Source: Rhizobacter sp. (GTDB taxonomy: Bacteria; Pseudomonadota; Gammaproteobacteria; Burkholderiales; Burkholderiaceae_C). From it: a stretch of 64,000 nucleotides of DNA. The position numbers and the translations under genes are program-made. The DNA lies in contig JAGNWJ010000004.1 in assembly GCA_017986065.1 (NCBI GenBank), forward strand, positions 16,437-80,436. The letters run 5' to 3'. Below, piece after piece: positions 1 to 10,112 of this stretch. Below the pieces are notes generated by a model. The model saw nothing but the letters and a program-made list of their open reading frames with translations. It searched no databases and was not told the origin of the DNA. Every line of letters starts with the position of its first letter. The stretch's first letter is position 1.

Positions 1-1289
1 ACCTGCGCGCCACCGGTGACACCGGCGTGCTCGACGAGAGCATCGCGTTCATCGAGGGCGCACCGATCCCCGACGGCGCCGAGGATGCCTACTACACGCC
101 CTCGGTCAGCACGGAGCAGGCCTCGGTCTACGAGCACGCGGCGCGCGCCATCGATTGCAGCCTGCGCGTCGGCTTGCACGGCCTGCCCCTGATGGGCACC
201 GGCGACTGGAACGACGGCATGAACCGTGTCGGCCACGAAGGCCGCGGCGAGTCGGTGTGGCTGGGCTGGTTCCTGTGCGAGCTGGTCGAAGATTTCGCAC
301 CGCTGGCGCGCGAGCGCGGCGATGACGCGCGCGCCAAGGCCTGGGAAGCCGCGGCGCTCGGCTGGCGAAACGCGCTGAATGGCATCGCATGGGACGGACA
401 GTGGTTCAAGCGCGCGTTCTTTGACGACGGACAGGCGCTGGGCTCGCACGTCAACCCGGAAGCGAGCATCGACCTGATCGCGCAGGCCTGGGCGGTGCTG
501 TCCGGGGCCGCGTCGCCAGAGATGCAGCGCGAGGCCATGCATTCGGTCGAGGCCCGTCTGGTGGACCACGAGGCCGGGCTGATCAAGCTGCTCGACCCAC
601 CACTGGCCCATGCGCAGCCGAGCGCGGGCTACATCCAGGCCTATCCGCCGGGAGTGCGCGAGAACGGCGGGCAGTACTCGCACGCCGGGGTCTGGGCGCT
701 GATGGCGCAGGCGCGGTTGCAGACCGACGGCGCCGACAACGGCGCGCGCAGCAGTCCGCCGGACATCGACCTGCCTTACCGCTATTTCAGCTTCCTGAGC
801 CCGGCCCACCGCGCAGCCCACCCGGCGCGCGGAGCGGTCTACGGCCTCGAGCCCTACGTGATGGCCGGCGACGTCTACACGCAGGCGCCTTACGTCGGGC
901 GCGGCGGCTGGAGCTGGTACACCGGGGCGGCCGCCTGGCTGCATCGTTCGGCGATCGAATCGATATTCGGCCTGCGGCAAGGTGCCCGGACGCTGAGTTT
1001 CACGCCCTGCCTGCCATCCCACTGGCCGCAGGCCGAGCTGACCCTGAAACGAGGCCAGGGCCAGGCGTGCCGGACGATGCGCTTCATCCTGGTCCGGCCG
1101 GCCGCACTCGCCGAGCTGGAAGCCACCGCGCCGTGGGGCGCGCAGATTCTGCTGCCCGGCGAGTCGCTGGCGTGGCAAGACCTGGCGCCGCATGCATGCT
1201 TCGTCATTCCGCTGCCCGCGCTGACACCGGAGGAATTGCCGGGTGATCTGCCGGCATCAGCCGACCGCATCGCGGCCCCGGGGATCTAG
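1..1289 (+). CDS. C-terminal part of a GH94-type glycoside phosphorylase/hydrolase domain protein (NdvB/ChvB-like cyclic beta-1,2-glucan synthase or related); 5' end lies outside the window
   Basis: The frame is open from nt 3, so the listed GTG at 27 is internal. The motif 'GLPLMGTGDWNDGMNRVGHEGRGESVWLGWF' and the later 'YPPGVRENGGQYSHAGVW' are typical of the GH94 catalytic domain, recalled from memory of the family. Confidence 0.6.
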   Translation, partial: LRATGDTGVLDESIAFIEGAPIPDGAEDAYYTPSVSTEQASVYEHAARAIDCSLRVGLHGLPLMGTGDWNDGMNRVGHEGRGESVWLGWFLCELVEDFAPLARERGDDARAKAWEAAALGWRNALNGIAWDGQWFKRAFFDDGQALGSHVNPEASIDLIAQAWAVLSGAASPEMQREAMHSVEARLVDHEAGLIKLLDPPLAHAQPSAGYIQAYPPGVRENGGQYSHAGVWALMAQARLQTDGADNGARSSPPDIDLPYRYFSFLSPAHRAAHPARGAVYGLEPYVMAGDVYTQAPYVGRGGWSWYTGAAAWLHRSAIESIFGLRQGARTLSFTPCLPSHWPQAELTLKRGQGQACRTMRFILVRPAALAELEATAPWGAQILLPGESLAWQDLAPHACFVIPLPALTPEELPGDLPASADRIAAPGI

Positions 1290-1369
1290 ACTCGACGCAG
1301 GTTGTCCGCAGCATTCGACGCCGACACACACGCTCCTGGCATGCAAGCACCCACCGACTCCCCCAGCTC

Positions 1370-4300
1370 GTGCCATTCGCGGGCAGATGGACCGCCACTG
1401 ATCTTCACGCCGCGAGTCCTGGCCACGCCGTGAATCCACCCGCCGTTCGTCTCGGGTCCGGGCGCGTGCTGGGTGCGCTGCTGCTGATGGCGCTCGCGTA
1501 CGCGGTGGTCGGACGGATCTCGCTGCTGCTGGCCATTCCTCCGGCCTATGCCTCCCCGCTGTACCCGCCTGCGGGCATGGCGCTGGTGTTCGTGCTGCTC
1601 TACGGACGCCGCGCGGCCGCTGCGGTGGCGGTCGGGGCCATCGTCATCAACCTGCTGCTGAACCCACTGCGCGCGGTCGGCCTTGCCGAGGTCGTGATCG
1701 GTCTGGGCGCCGGACTGCAGGCGCTGGTCGCGGCAGAACTGGTGCAGCGCATGGTGCGGCAACCGTTGACACTGTCGGCGCCGCGCGACATCGCTCGCTT
1801 CTATCTGTTCGGTGCGCTGATCGGATGCCTGGTCAGCGCGAGCGTGGCGACTGCCGCGCTGGCCGTGGCGGACGTCGTGCCCGCGTCCGCCTGGCCGATG
1901 ACCTGGCTCACCTGGTGGATGGGCGATGCGCTCGGCACGCTGATCGCCGCGCCAATCCTGCTGACGCTGGCGGGACGGCCCCGCGAGGCCTGGGCGCCGC
2001 GCCGACGCACGGTCGGACTGACGCTGGGCATCGTGACCGCCCTGCTGGTGGCGACCACCGTGCTGGTGGCCCACTGGGATCGCGAGCGCGTCCGGACCAG
2101 CTTCGAGCGCGATGCAGCGGCGGCATCGATGGCCGCCCAGGCCCAGCTGAACACCCCGCTGCATGCGCTGGAGGCACTGCGCGGGCTCTACATCGGATCG
2201 AACGAGGTCAACCCCGGCGAACTGCGCGCTGCCGCCGCCTACTGGCTGAACCGCGACGGCGACCTGCAGGCCGTCGGCTATCAGGAGCGCGTCCGGCTGG
2301 AGGACGTGCCGGCGCTCGAGGCCCAGTTGCGTGACGCCGGGTTCCCCGATTACCGCGTGCTCGATCGCACGGCCACGGACGAACGGGTACCGACCACGAT
2401 GCCCGAGGCGTACGCCGTTCGACTCGTCGAGCCCAGGGAAGGCAACGTCGGCCTGCTGGGCATCAACACGTTGTCGATCCCGGCAGCACGGCAGGCGATC
2501 GAGGCCTCGGTGCGCACCGACCGACCGGTGGCGAGCGCCTCCTTCCACCTGTCGCAGGACGCGGTGGGCTCGCCGAAGACAGGGGTGGTGATCTACCGCG
2601 CGATCTACCGCGGCCAGCCCGCCACCGAAGAGGAGCGGGCTGCGGCAGTACGTGGCGTGGTGTTCGTCACCGTGCGCGTGGAGGACCTGCTGCGCTCGGT
2701 GCTGGCCCAGGCCCCCGCCTACCTGCACTTCTGCGTGACCGACACGGATACATCGGCCCGCCTGCGACAGCTGGCAGCCACCTCGTTGTGCGCCGAGGCA
2801 CCCGACGCGCTGGTACACCGGCAGGTGATTGCCTTCGCGGGGCGCCAATGGGAATGGCGCGTCAACGCCAGCGAGGTCGGCGCCAGTCAGGCAGCCGGGG
2901 CCCGCCACTATGCCTGGCTGTTCTCGAGTGTCGGCCTGATGACGGCAGCGGTCCTGGGAGCCCTGCTGCTGACGGTGACCGGCCGCGCCCGCATCATCGA
3001 ACTGGCCGTGCAGGACCGCACCGCCGCGCTGGAGCAGCAGGTGCGCGAGCGGGCGCAGGTCGAGGCCGCGATGCGCGATAGCGAGCAGCGCTTCCGCAAC
3101 ATCTTCAACAACGTGCCGATCGGTGTGCTCTACACCGACATCGACGGGAAGGTGCGGCAGGCGAACCCGCGCTTCTGCGAACTGGTCGGACGCGACGCCG
3201 CCACGCTGTCCCGTCTCAGCACGCGGGACTTCCTGCATCCCGAGGACGTCGACGAGGACGCCGCCCTGTTTGCCCGGCTGCTGGCCGGGGAAATCGCGAT
3301 CTACAGGCGACAGACGCGCTATGTCGCACCGGACGGTCACGTGGTGTGGGTGCAGCGCAGCGTGTCCCTGCTGCGCGACGAGACGGGACACCCGCAGCGC
3401 ATCGTCAGCGTGGCCGAGGACATCACCGAGACCCTGCGCCTGGCGGAGGCGGTGCGCGCCCGCGAGGCGGCCGAGGCATCGAATCGTGCGAAGAGCGAGT
3501 TCCTGTCGCGCATGAGCCATGAACTGCGCACGCCGCTGAACGCCATGCTCGGCTTCGCCCAGTTGCTGGAACTGGAAGACAGACCGGCGCTGGGCAGCTC
3601 CCAGCGGGCCTGGGTCGGGCAGATACAGCAGGCTGGCTGGCACCTGCTGGAGATGATCAACGATGTGCTGGACCTGTCTCGCATCGAATCCGGCAACCTG
3701 CGCATGGAGCTGGAAACCCTCGACCTGCCCGAGCTGCTGGCGGCCACTCGTCCGCTGGTGCAGCAAAGCGCAGACCTGCGCAACATCGTCATCACCGAGG
3801 AGCTGGCGCGCGGCGCGCGCTTCGTCACCGGCGATGCCACGCGGGTCAAGCAGATCCTCACCAACCTGCTGACGAACGCCGTGAAGTACAACGTCGACGG
3901 CGGACGCATTCACCTGGCCACCCGGGTGCAGGGCGACTGGGTCGAGTTGATGGTCACCGACACCGGACTCGGCATGAGCAGCGAGCAGATGGCTTCGCTG
4001 TTCCAGCCCTTCAACCGGCTGGGCCGCGAACTCACCGGAACCGAAGGCACCGGCATCGGCCTGGTGATCAGCCAGCGGCTGGCCGAGCTGATGGGCGGCG
4101 AGCTGACCGCCGCCAGCCACGTGGGCAGGGGGTCGTCGTTCATGCTGCGCCTGCCGGCCGCAGGGAACCCGGGCACCGTGCCATCCGACCTGGACGGCCT
4201 GGCCGCCGATCGCAACGATTACCAGCAGCGCCACGTCCATTACGTCGAGGACAACGAAACGAACGTGGAAGTCATGCGTGGCATCCTGGCGCAGCGGCCC

Positions 4301-4612
4301 CAGGTGCAGCTCGACGTTTCGGTCACCGGTCTCGACGGCCTCGCGGCGATCCGCGCCCGGCGCCCGGACGTGGTGCTGCTCGACATGCACCTGCCCGACA
4401 TCAGCGGACTCGAGCTGCTGAGACACCTCAAGCTGGATCCGGGCACCCGCTCGATCCCGGTGGTCGCGGTGTCGGCCGACGCCCTGCCGGCGCAGATCGA
4501 CGACGCGTTCATGGCCGGAGCGCACCGTTACCTGACCAAGCCGGTCAATGTCTCCGAACTGCTGTCGGTTCTGGACGAATTGCTGAGTCAGGCAGACACC
4601 GGTTTCGAGTGA
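1370..4612 (+). CDS. Hybrid sensor histidine kinase/response regulator (MASE1-like membrane domain, CHASE-like extracytoplasmic domain, PAS, HisKA, HATPase_c, REC)
   Basis: The N-terminus is multi-TM ('LLLAIPPAYASPLYPPAGMALVFVLLYG', MASE1-like), followed by a soluble roughly 250-aa block and another TM ('YAWLFSSVGLMTAAVLGALLL'). A PAS domain ('FRNIFNNVPIGVLYTD') comes next. The kinase core has H-box 'SHELRTPLNAMLGF', N box 'LTNLLTNAVKYN' and G box 'GTGIGLVISQ'. The receiver shows 'VVLLDMHLPDISGLELL' and 'YLTKP'. The GTG start at 1370 is uncertain. Confidence 0.85.
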   Translation: MPFAGRWTATDLHAASPGHAVNPPAVRLGSGRVLGALLLMALAYAVVGRISLLLAIPPAYASPLYPPAGMALVFVLLYGRRAAAAVAVGAIVINLLLNPLRAVGLAEVVIGLGAGLQALVAAELVQRMVRQPLTLSAPRDIARFYLFGALIGCLVSASVATAALAVADVVPASAWPMTWLTWWMGDALGTLIAAPILLTLAGRPREAWAPRRRTVGLTLGIVTALLVATTVLVAHWDRERVRTSFERDAAAASMAAQAQLNTPLHALEALRGLYIGSNEVNPGELRAAAAYWLNRDGDLQAVGYQERVRLEDVPALEAQLRDAGFPDYRVLDRTATDERVPTTMPEAYAVRLVEPREGNVGLLGINTLSIPAARQAIEASVRTDRPVASASFHLSQDAVGSPKTGVVIYRAIYRGQPATEEERAAAVRGVVFVTVRVEDLLRSVLAQAPAYLHFCVTDTDTSARLRQLAATSLCAEAPDALVHRQVIAFAGRQWEWRVNASEVGASQAAGARHYAWLFSSVGLMTAAVLGALLLTVTGRARIIELAVQDRTAALEQQVRERAQVEAAMRDSEQRFRNIFNNVPIGVLYTDIDGKVRQANPRFCELVGRDAATLSRLSTRDFLHPEDVDEDAALFARLLAGEIAIYRRQTRYVAPDGHVVWVQRSVSLLRDETGHPQRIVSVAEDITETLRLAEAVRAREAAEASNRAKSEFLSRMSHELRTPLNAMLGFAQLLELEDRPALGSSQRAWVGQIQQAGWHLLEMINDVLDLSRIESGNLRMELETLDLPELLAATRPLVQQSADLRNIVITEELARGARFVTGDATRVKQILTNLLTNAVKYNVDGGRIHLATRVQGDWVELMVTDTGLGMSSEQMASLFQPFNRLGRELTGTEGTGIGLVISQRLAELMGGELTAASHVGRGSSFMLRLPAAGNPGTVPSDLDGLAADRNDYQQRHVHYVEDNETNVEVMRGILAQRPQVQLDVSVTGLDGLAAIRARRPDVVLLDMHLPDISGLELLRHLKLDPGTRSIPVVAVSADALPAQIDDAFMAGAHRYLTKPVNVSELLSVLDELLSQADTGFE

Positions 4613-4679
4613 CACGCCTTTGGCACTCAATGAACGAGAGTGCTAACATCATGGAACCAAGCCTCGTTTGAGGGAGTCC

Positions 4680-5627
<948 letters not shown>

Positions 5628-5645
5628 TACGCAGGGCGCAACCGT

Positions 5646-5673
5646 AAAAAACGGCCCCGAGGGGCCGTTTTTC
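5646..5673. terminator. Bidirectional rho-independent terminator between convergent rpoH and sco1
   Basis: The sequence 'AAAAAACGGCCCCGAGGGGCCGTTTTT' forms a GC stem (ACGGCCCC / GGGGCCGT) flanked by an A-run on one side and a T-run on the other. Confidence 0.8.
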
Positions 5674-5696
5674 ATCGGCGCGCCAAAGGCCTGCGG

Positions 5697-6347
5697 TCAA
5701 CCCAGCGCCAGCAGCGTCTTCAGGTCGGCGGCCAGGGCCTGCGAGCCGCTGCCGTAGCGGATGAAGAGCCGCACCTTGCCCTGGGCATCGAACACGTACG
5801 AGCCCGCCGTGTGATCGACGCTGTAGCTGCCCTCGGTCTTGCCGGGCACCTTGGCGTAGAACACCTTGAATTCCTTGGCCGTGGCCGCGGTCTGTTCGGG
5901 CGTTCCGCGCAGCGCGACGAAGCTGGGGTCGAAGCCACTCATGTAGCCCTTCAGCACTTCGGCGGTGTCACGGTCGGGGTCGACCGTGACGAAGACGCCC
6001 TGGATACGGTCACCGTCCTTGCCGAGCGCAGCCTTCACCTGCGCCAGCTCGGCCATCGTCGTCGGGCACACATCGGGACACTGGGTGAAACCGAAGAAGA
6101 CCACAGTGACCTTGCCCTTGAAATCCGCCAGGGTTCGGGCCTGCCCGTTCTGATCGGTCAACGACAGCGAGCGCGCGTATTCGGCGCCGGTGATGTCGAT
6201 GCCCTTGAACGCGATCGCAGTACCGCCAGACGATGGCGCATCGCAGCCGAGCAGTGCCAGCGTCGGCAGCGATGCCAGCGCCAGCGTGGTGCCGGCCCTC
6301 AGGAAGCGGCGGCGAGCGGAACCCTGTTCGAACAGCAGATCGATCAC
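5697..6347 (-). CDS. SCO1/SenC family copper chaperone (cytochrome oxidase assembly)
   Basis: It carries the '[16 protein letters not shown]' CxxxC motif and '[13 protein letters not shown]' (conserved His). A signal/anchor with 'RRRFL' is present. The GTG start at 6347 overlaps the ctaB stop (GTGA). The 598-aa ORF in the track is an upstream artefact. Confidence 0.88.
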   Translation of the reverse strand: MIDLLFEQGSARRRFLRAGTTLALASLPTLALLGCDAPSSGGTAIAFKGIDITGAEYARSLSLTDQNGQARTLADFKGKVTVVFFGFTQCPDVCPTTMAELAQVKAALGKDGDRIQGVFVTVDPDRDTAEVLKGYMSGFDPSFVALRGTPEQTAATAKEFKVFYAKVPGKTEGSYSVDHTAGSYVFDAQGKVRLFIRYGSGSQALAADLKTLLALG

Positions 6348-7264
6348 AGCAGCGGGTCCAGGTAATGGTCGATCAGCAATGCCGCGAACAACAGCATCAG
6401 GTGCCAGATCGAGAAGCGAAACGTCTTGCGCGCCAGCGCGTCGGAATAGTTGCGCCAGAGCTTCCAGGCGTAGCCGGTGAAGCCCGCGCCAAGCGCAATC
6501 GCCGACACAAGGTAGATCCATCCGCTCATCCCGGAGATGAACGGGAGCAGGGTCGCGGCGAACAGCACCAGCGTGTACAGGAACACATGCAGCTGGGTGA
6601 AGGCCGCGCCGTGCGTGATCGGCAGCATCGGCAGGCCGGCCTTGCGGTAGTCCTCGGCGCGGTACAGCGCCAGGGCCCAGAAATGCGGCGGAGTCCACAG
6701 GAAGATGATCAGGCACAGGATCAGCGATTCGGCGCCGACCTCGCCGCGGATGGCCGCCCATCCGAGCACCGGAGGCATCGCGCCGGAGGCGCCGCCGATC
6801 ACGATGTTCTGCGGCGTCGCAGGCTTGAGCAGAACGGTGTAGATGACCGCATAGCCCACGAAAGTGGCGAAGGTCAGCCACATCGTCAGCGGATTGACCA
6901 TCGTGTACAGCAGCACGCTGCCGATCGAGCAAAGCACCGCCGAGAACGTCAGCGTCTGCGCGTTCGTGAGTTCGCCCTTGGCGGTCGGGCGCCAGGAGGT
7001 GCGCGCCATCTTGGCGTCGATGTGCTGCTCGACGACGCAGTTGAACGCGGCAGCCGCACCGGCGACCAGCCAGATCCCGGCCGTCGCGGCCAGCGCCAGC
7101 TTGATGTCTGGCAGCCCGGGCACAGCCAGCAACATGCCGATGACGGCGCAGAACACGATCAACTGCACGACACGCGGCTTGGTCAGCGTGTAGAACTGCT
7201 TCAGCCGCGACGAGCGTCGGGCCAGGGGCAGCGAGGGGGCAAGTGTTTCGGACATGGCGGGCAA
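6344..7264 (-). CDS. ctaB: Protoheme IX farnesyltransferase (heme O synthase)
   Basis: This is a UbiA-family polytopic protein with '[22 protein letters not shown]', '[15 protein letters not shown]' and '[15 protein letters not shown]'. Confidence 0.93.
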   Translation of the reverse strand: MPAMSETLAPSLPLARRSSRLKQFYTLTKPRVVQLIVFCAVIGMLLAVPGLPDIKLALAATAGIWLVAGAAAAFNCVVEQHIDAKMARTSWRPTAKGELTNAQTLTFSAVLCSIGSVLLYTMVNPLTMWLTFATFVGYAVIYTVLLKPATPQNIVIGGASGAMPPVLGWAAIRGEVGAESLILCLIIFLWTPPHFWALALYRAEDYRKAGLPMLPITHGAAFTQLHVFLYTLVLFAATLLPFISGMSGWIYLVSAIALGAGFTGYAWKLWRNYSDALARKTFRFSIWHLMLLFAALLIDHYLDPLL

Positions 7265-7273
7265 CCTGCGATT

Positions 7274-8437
7274 CTACGAAGCCGCTCCGAGGGCGGCCGA
7301 AGGAGGCACTGCCTGCGCAGGGGCCAAGGGGTTCGCCCGATACGCCCGGCTCAGCATCGTCGTCAGCACCACCACCAGTGCCGCGGCGCCGCCGGTGTGC
7401 GCGACGGCGGCCACAAGTGGCCAGTCCAGCACGACGTTGCTCAGTCCACTGATCAATTGCCAGGCGACGACCATCGCCAGCACGCCAGCCCACCGACGCA
7501 GCTCGGGCTGGCCCGAAGCCCGCAGGCGCCAGGCCAGCGCTCCGATGGCAACCACCACCACGGCCGCACCGAGACGGTGTGCCATGTGGATCGCCGTCAG
7601 CGCCGCGAACGGCAGGTAGCCGCCGTCCTTGCCGGCACCCAGCTCACGCGCCACGGTGAAACCGTGCTCGAAGTCCATCGGCGGCCACCATGCGCCCTGG
7701 CAGGTCGGGAAGTCGGTGCAGGCCAGTACCGCGTAGTTGGTGCTGACCCAGCCCCCAAGCGCGATCTGGGCCAGGCTGACCAAGAACACCAGCACCGTAC
7801 CCCGGAACATCGCGCGGGACATCGGCAGCGGTGGCTGCTGCGCCTGGCTCTGGACGGACAACAGCGCGAGCAAGCCCAGCCCTCCGAGCAGATGCAGGGT
7901 GACGATGGCCGGGTAAAGCTTCATCGTGACCGTCAGTGCTCCGAAAGCACCCTGCCCGCAGACCCACACCCAGGTCAGCGTGGCCCACCAGGGTGACAAC
8001 CTTGGCGGCAGCCCGTGGCGGAACTTGCGCGCATCGAGCCAAGCCGCCACGGCCAACCAGGTGATCAGCGCGCCCACGCCCGTGGCCAGGTAGCGGTGGA
8101 TCATCTCGATCCAGGCCTTGCCGTGCGTGACCGGGCCGGTGGGCATCGCGGTCTGCGCCGCGCCGATGGCCTGGAGCGCACCCAGCGGGCTGGCACTGCC
8201 ATAGCAGCCCGGCCAATCCGGACACCCGAGCCCCGAATCGGTGAGCCGGGTGAAGGCACCGAACAGCACCAGGTCGAAGGTCAGGAACAGGGTGATGAGC
8301 GTCAGCGCCTGCCGCCGACGCGCCGCATCGGCCCGGCGGTACCGCCATGCCACCCACAACACCGGCGCCAGCGCCAGCACGGCACCGACGAGAACCAGCG
8401 TGGGCACGGGACCTAGGTCGTAGGCAGGCGGATTCAT
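7274..8437 (-). CDS. ctaA: Heme A synthase (COX15/CtaA)
   Basis: It is a multi-TM protein with 'FTRLTDSGLGCPDWPGCYG', 'WIEMIHRYLA' and 'ACTDFPTCQG...W'. I chose the internal ATG at 8437 ('MNPPAYDLGP...') because the upstream extension is Arg/Ala-rich and non-membrane. Confidence 0.88.
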   Translation of the reverse strand: MNPPAYDLGPVPTLVLVGAVLALAPVLWVAWRYRRADAARRRQALTLITLFLTFDLVLFGAFTRLTDSGLGCPDWPGCYGSASPLGALQAIGAAQTAMPTGPVTHGKAWIEMIHRYLATGVGALITWLAVAAWLDARKFRHGLPPRLSPWWATLTWVWVCGQGAFGALTVTMKLYPAIVTLHLLGGLGLLALLSVQSQAQQPPLPMSRAMFRGTVLVFLVSLAQIALGGWVSTNYAVLACTDFPTCQGAWWPPMDFEHGFTVARELGAGKDGGYLPFAALTAIHMAHRLGAAVVVVAIGALAWRLRASGQPELRRWAGVLAMVVAWQLISGLSNVVLDWPLVAAVAHTGGAAALVVVLTTMLSRAYRANPLAPAQAVPPSAALGAAS

Positions 8438-8484
8438 GCGATGAAAATCATCTGGAAGACATCGATCGACGAGCAGGCCGCAGG

Positions 8485-9201
8485 TCAGCGACCCGGCTGG
8501 TCCCAGGAGGCCGACGCGCGCAGCAGGCGCTCGAGGTCCTTCTTCAGCTTGACCGGCTCGGGATCGACCGGCGTGCGCATCATCCACTGACCTTTCGGAT
8601 CGACCAGGTACACGTGTTCGTCGAGCCTGTGTCCGTCCGATGGCTTCAGCCACTGGGACAAGGCCTCGGCAGGCACCTGCAGCACGTGGCTGGCCCGACC
8701 CGGTGCGATCGCCTTCAGCAATTCGGCGCGCGGCGCTGCCTCATTGGGGATCAACCAGACCTTGTCGACGCGAGGCTTGTCGTTGCCCAGCATCTCCTGC
8801 ACCTGACGCTGGAGCAGCAGATGGGACTCGCATCCTGCGTCGCAGGCCCCATCGGCCACCACGACGATGAGCCACTGCCCGCGCAAGCTGGCAGCCAGCA
8901 CCGGCTGCCCGGCCAGGTTGCGCAGCGGCAGGGTCTCGGGCATCTCGCGCGTCGGTGTGACGAACTCGCTGTAATTGGTGGTTCGACCTTCGAGCCCGAT
9001 CACGAAATAGATGATGTAGGCGGCGATCACCGGCGCAGAGCAGATGGCCAATACCGCCAGCATCTTCAGGCGCCCGGCCGCGGTGCGCCGAGCAGACAGA
9101 TCGGGCGTCGGCATCGAGTGCACCGTGAAGCTCAGCGGCGATACCTGCTCCGGCGCATCGCTGCGATCGGACCCAAGGGTGGAGGAGTTGGAACCAGACA
9201 T
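8485..9201 (-). CDS. Membrane-anchored thioredoxin-fold/SCO-like protein of the cytochrome-oxidase biogenesis cluster (hypothetical)
   Basis: It has a single TM helix ('MLAVLAICSAPVIAAYIIYFVI') followed by a soluble domain with a CxxxC motif ('VVVADGACDAGCESH'). Its position between the SURF1 remnant and ctaA matches the conserved order in Burkholderiales cox loci, as recalled. The start codon is uncertain. Confidence 0.6.
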   Translation of the reverse strand: MSGSNSSTLGSDRSDAPEQVSPLSFTVHSMPTPDLSARRTAAGRLKMLAVLAICSAPVIAAYIIYFVIGLEGRTTNYSEFVTPTREMPETLPLRNLAGQPVLAASLRGQWLIVVVADGACDAGCESHLLLQRQVQEMLGNDKPRVDKVWLIPNEAAPRAELLKAIAPGRASHVLQVPAEALSQWLKPSDGHRLDEHVYLVDPKGQWMMRTPVDPEPVKLKKDLERLLRASASWDQPGR

Positions 9202-9560
9202 ACAGACCTGTCATCAAGGCGCAATGCGCAAACCACTGGAACGCGTGACCGCAGTGCCTTGGCATCCCGCCAACGAGGCGGTCGCCGAAAGGGCAAACCG
9301 ACCCAAGGCGCACCATCGGCGTTCCGGGCGGCAGACAGCGGCATCCGGGACACCAAGAACATTCTTTCAAACACGCGTCGAGGCCGAGATTCTGGCGGAT
9401 GACACTCAAGGCCGGCTGCGGCGATGTCGAACAGCCGCCCCGGCGTCGGGGCGATGTGCCCGGGAACCGTGCGGCGCTGGAAGCTTGGTGCCATCGAGCC
9501 ACCAGGAGCCCGGCCTTGCAATGGACGTCACGCCGGTCAGGGCAGCGACCCGCACGACGA
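9192..9560 (-). pseudogene. SURF1 (cytochrome oxidase assembly) remnant, frameshifted and shortened
   Basis: SURF1-like peptides appear in two different minus frames. 'GHIAPTPGRLFDIAAAG' and 'RMPLSAARNADG' lie in the frame of ORF 9132..9521. 'VIRQNLGLDA' and 'HAFQWFAHCALMTGLYVWFQ' lie in the frame of ORF 8741..9502. Only about 455 bp are available between DUF2909 and the next gene, whereas an intact SURF1 needs about 750 bp. The boundaries are approximate. Confidence 0.5.
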
Positions 9561-9656
9561 GCGCTTGTAGACGCAAACGGCGGGAAATCTCATGGATCGC
9601 GACATCGGCGCGGCCTTTCAATGCACAGGCCATCGGCACACGGATAATCCGCAGCC

Positions 9657-9875
9657 ATGAAATACCTCGTAGGGCTCGCATTCGTCACCATCATCGGCGC
9701 GTTGGTCTACGCCGGGGTGTCCATGGTTCGCGACGGTCGGGATGGCAAACCAAAGACCCACTCGATGGTGAACGCGCTGGCACTTCGCGTGGCCTTGTCC
9801 ATCCTGCTGTTCGTGTGCCTGCTCGGCAGCTACAAGATGGGCTGGATCCAGCCGACAGGTTTCCTGCGACGCTGA
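9657..9875 (+). CDS. Twin-transmembrane-helix small protein (DUF2909/Hig1-like), commonly embedded in cox loci
   Basis: The 72-aa protein has two TM helices, 'LVGLAFVTIIGALVYAGV' and 'LRVALSILLFVCLLGSY'. It sits on the opposite strand to the cox genes, which is the typical arrangement. Confidence 0.7.
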   Translation: MKYLVGLAFVTIIGALVYAGVSMVRDGRDGKPKTHSMVNALALRVALSILLFVCLLGSYKMGWIQPTGFLRR

Positions 9876-10112
9876 GCCCCAGGTTCAGTCGCTTCCGGCA
9901 GCACGTACCCGCAGCCCTGGACGACGCGAAAAGTCAGACCCCGCAACACCGCGACCCACAGCGCCGGGTACGTCTCTCAGGGATGAGCCTGCTGGAGCGG
10001 CCTGATCGGGCGCAAGCCCTGTTCGAAGGTCAGGGGATTCGCAGCGCAGCGGGCTGCAGAGATCCTCTCGCCACGCGCAGATGGATCGGCTTGTTTCCCT
10101 GCCCTGCCGGGT

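Noticed and set aside
1286-4630. Very long ORFs antisense to real genes: 1286..4630 (1114 aa), 27428..30013 (861 aa), 25682..27226, 54028..56118 (696 aa), 58696..60411 (571 aa), 39451..40785, 46922..48415, 48376..49971 and many others.
   Set aside because: At this GC content, stop codons are rare in antisense frames. The translations are Arg/Gly/Ala/His/Pro-rich with no recognisable motifs. In every case the opposite strand carries a gene with unambiguous family signatures.
5697-7493. Over-long same-strand ORFs that run across gene boundaries. These are 5697..7493 (598 aa, whose 5' extension lies out of frame over ctaB), 51090..54062 (990 aa, whose 5' extension lies out of frame over murE), 20510..22672, 34055..35953, 15381..16232 and 7274..8653.
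   Set aside because: Only the C-terminal part of each shows homology. Internal start codons give canonical N-termini and tidy junctions with neighbouring genes. The N-terminal extensions have junk composition.
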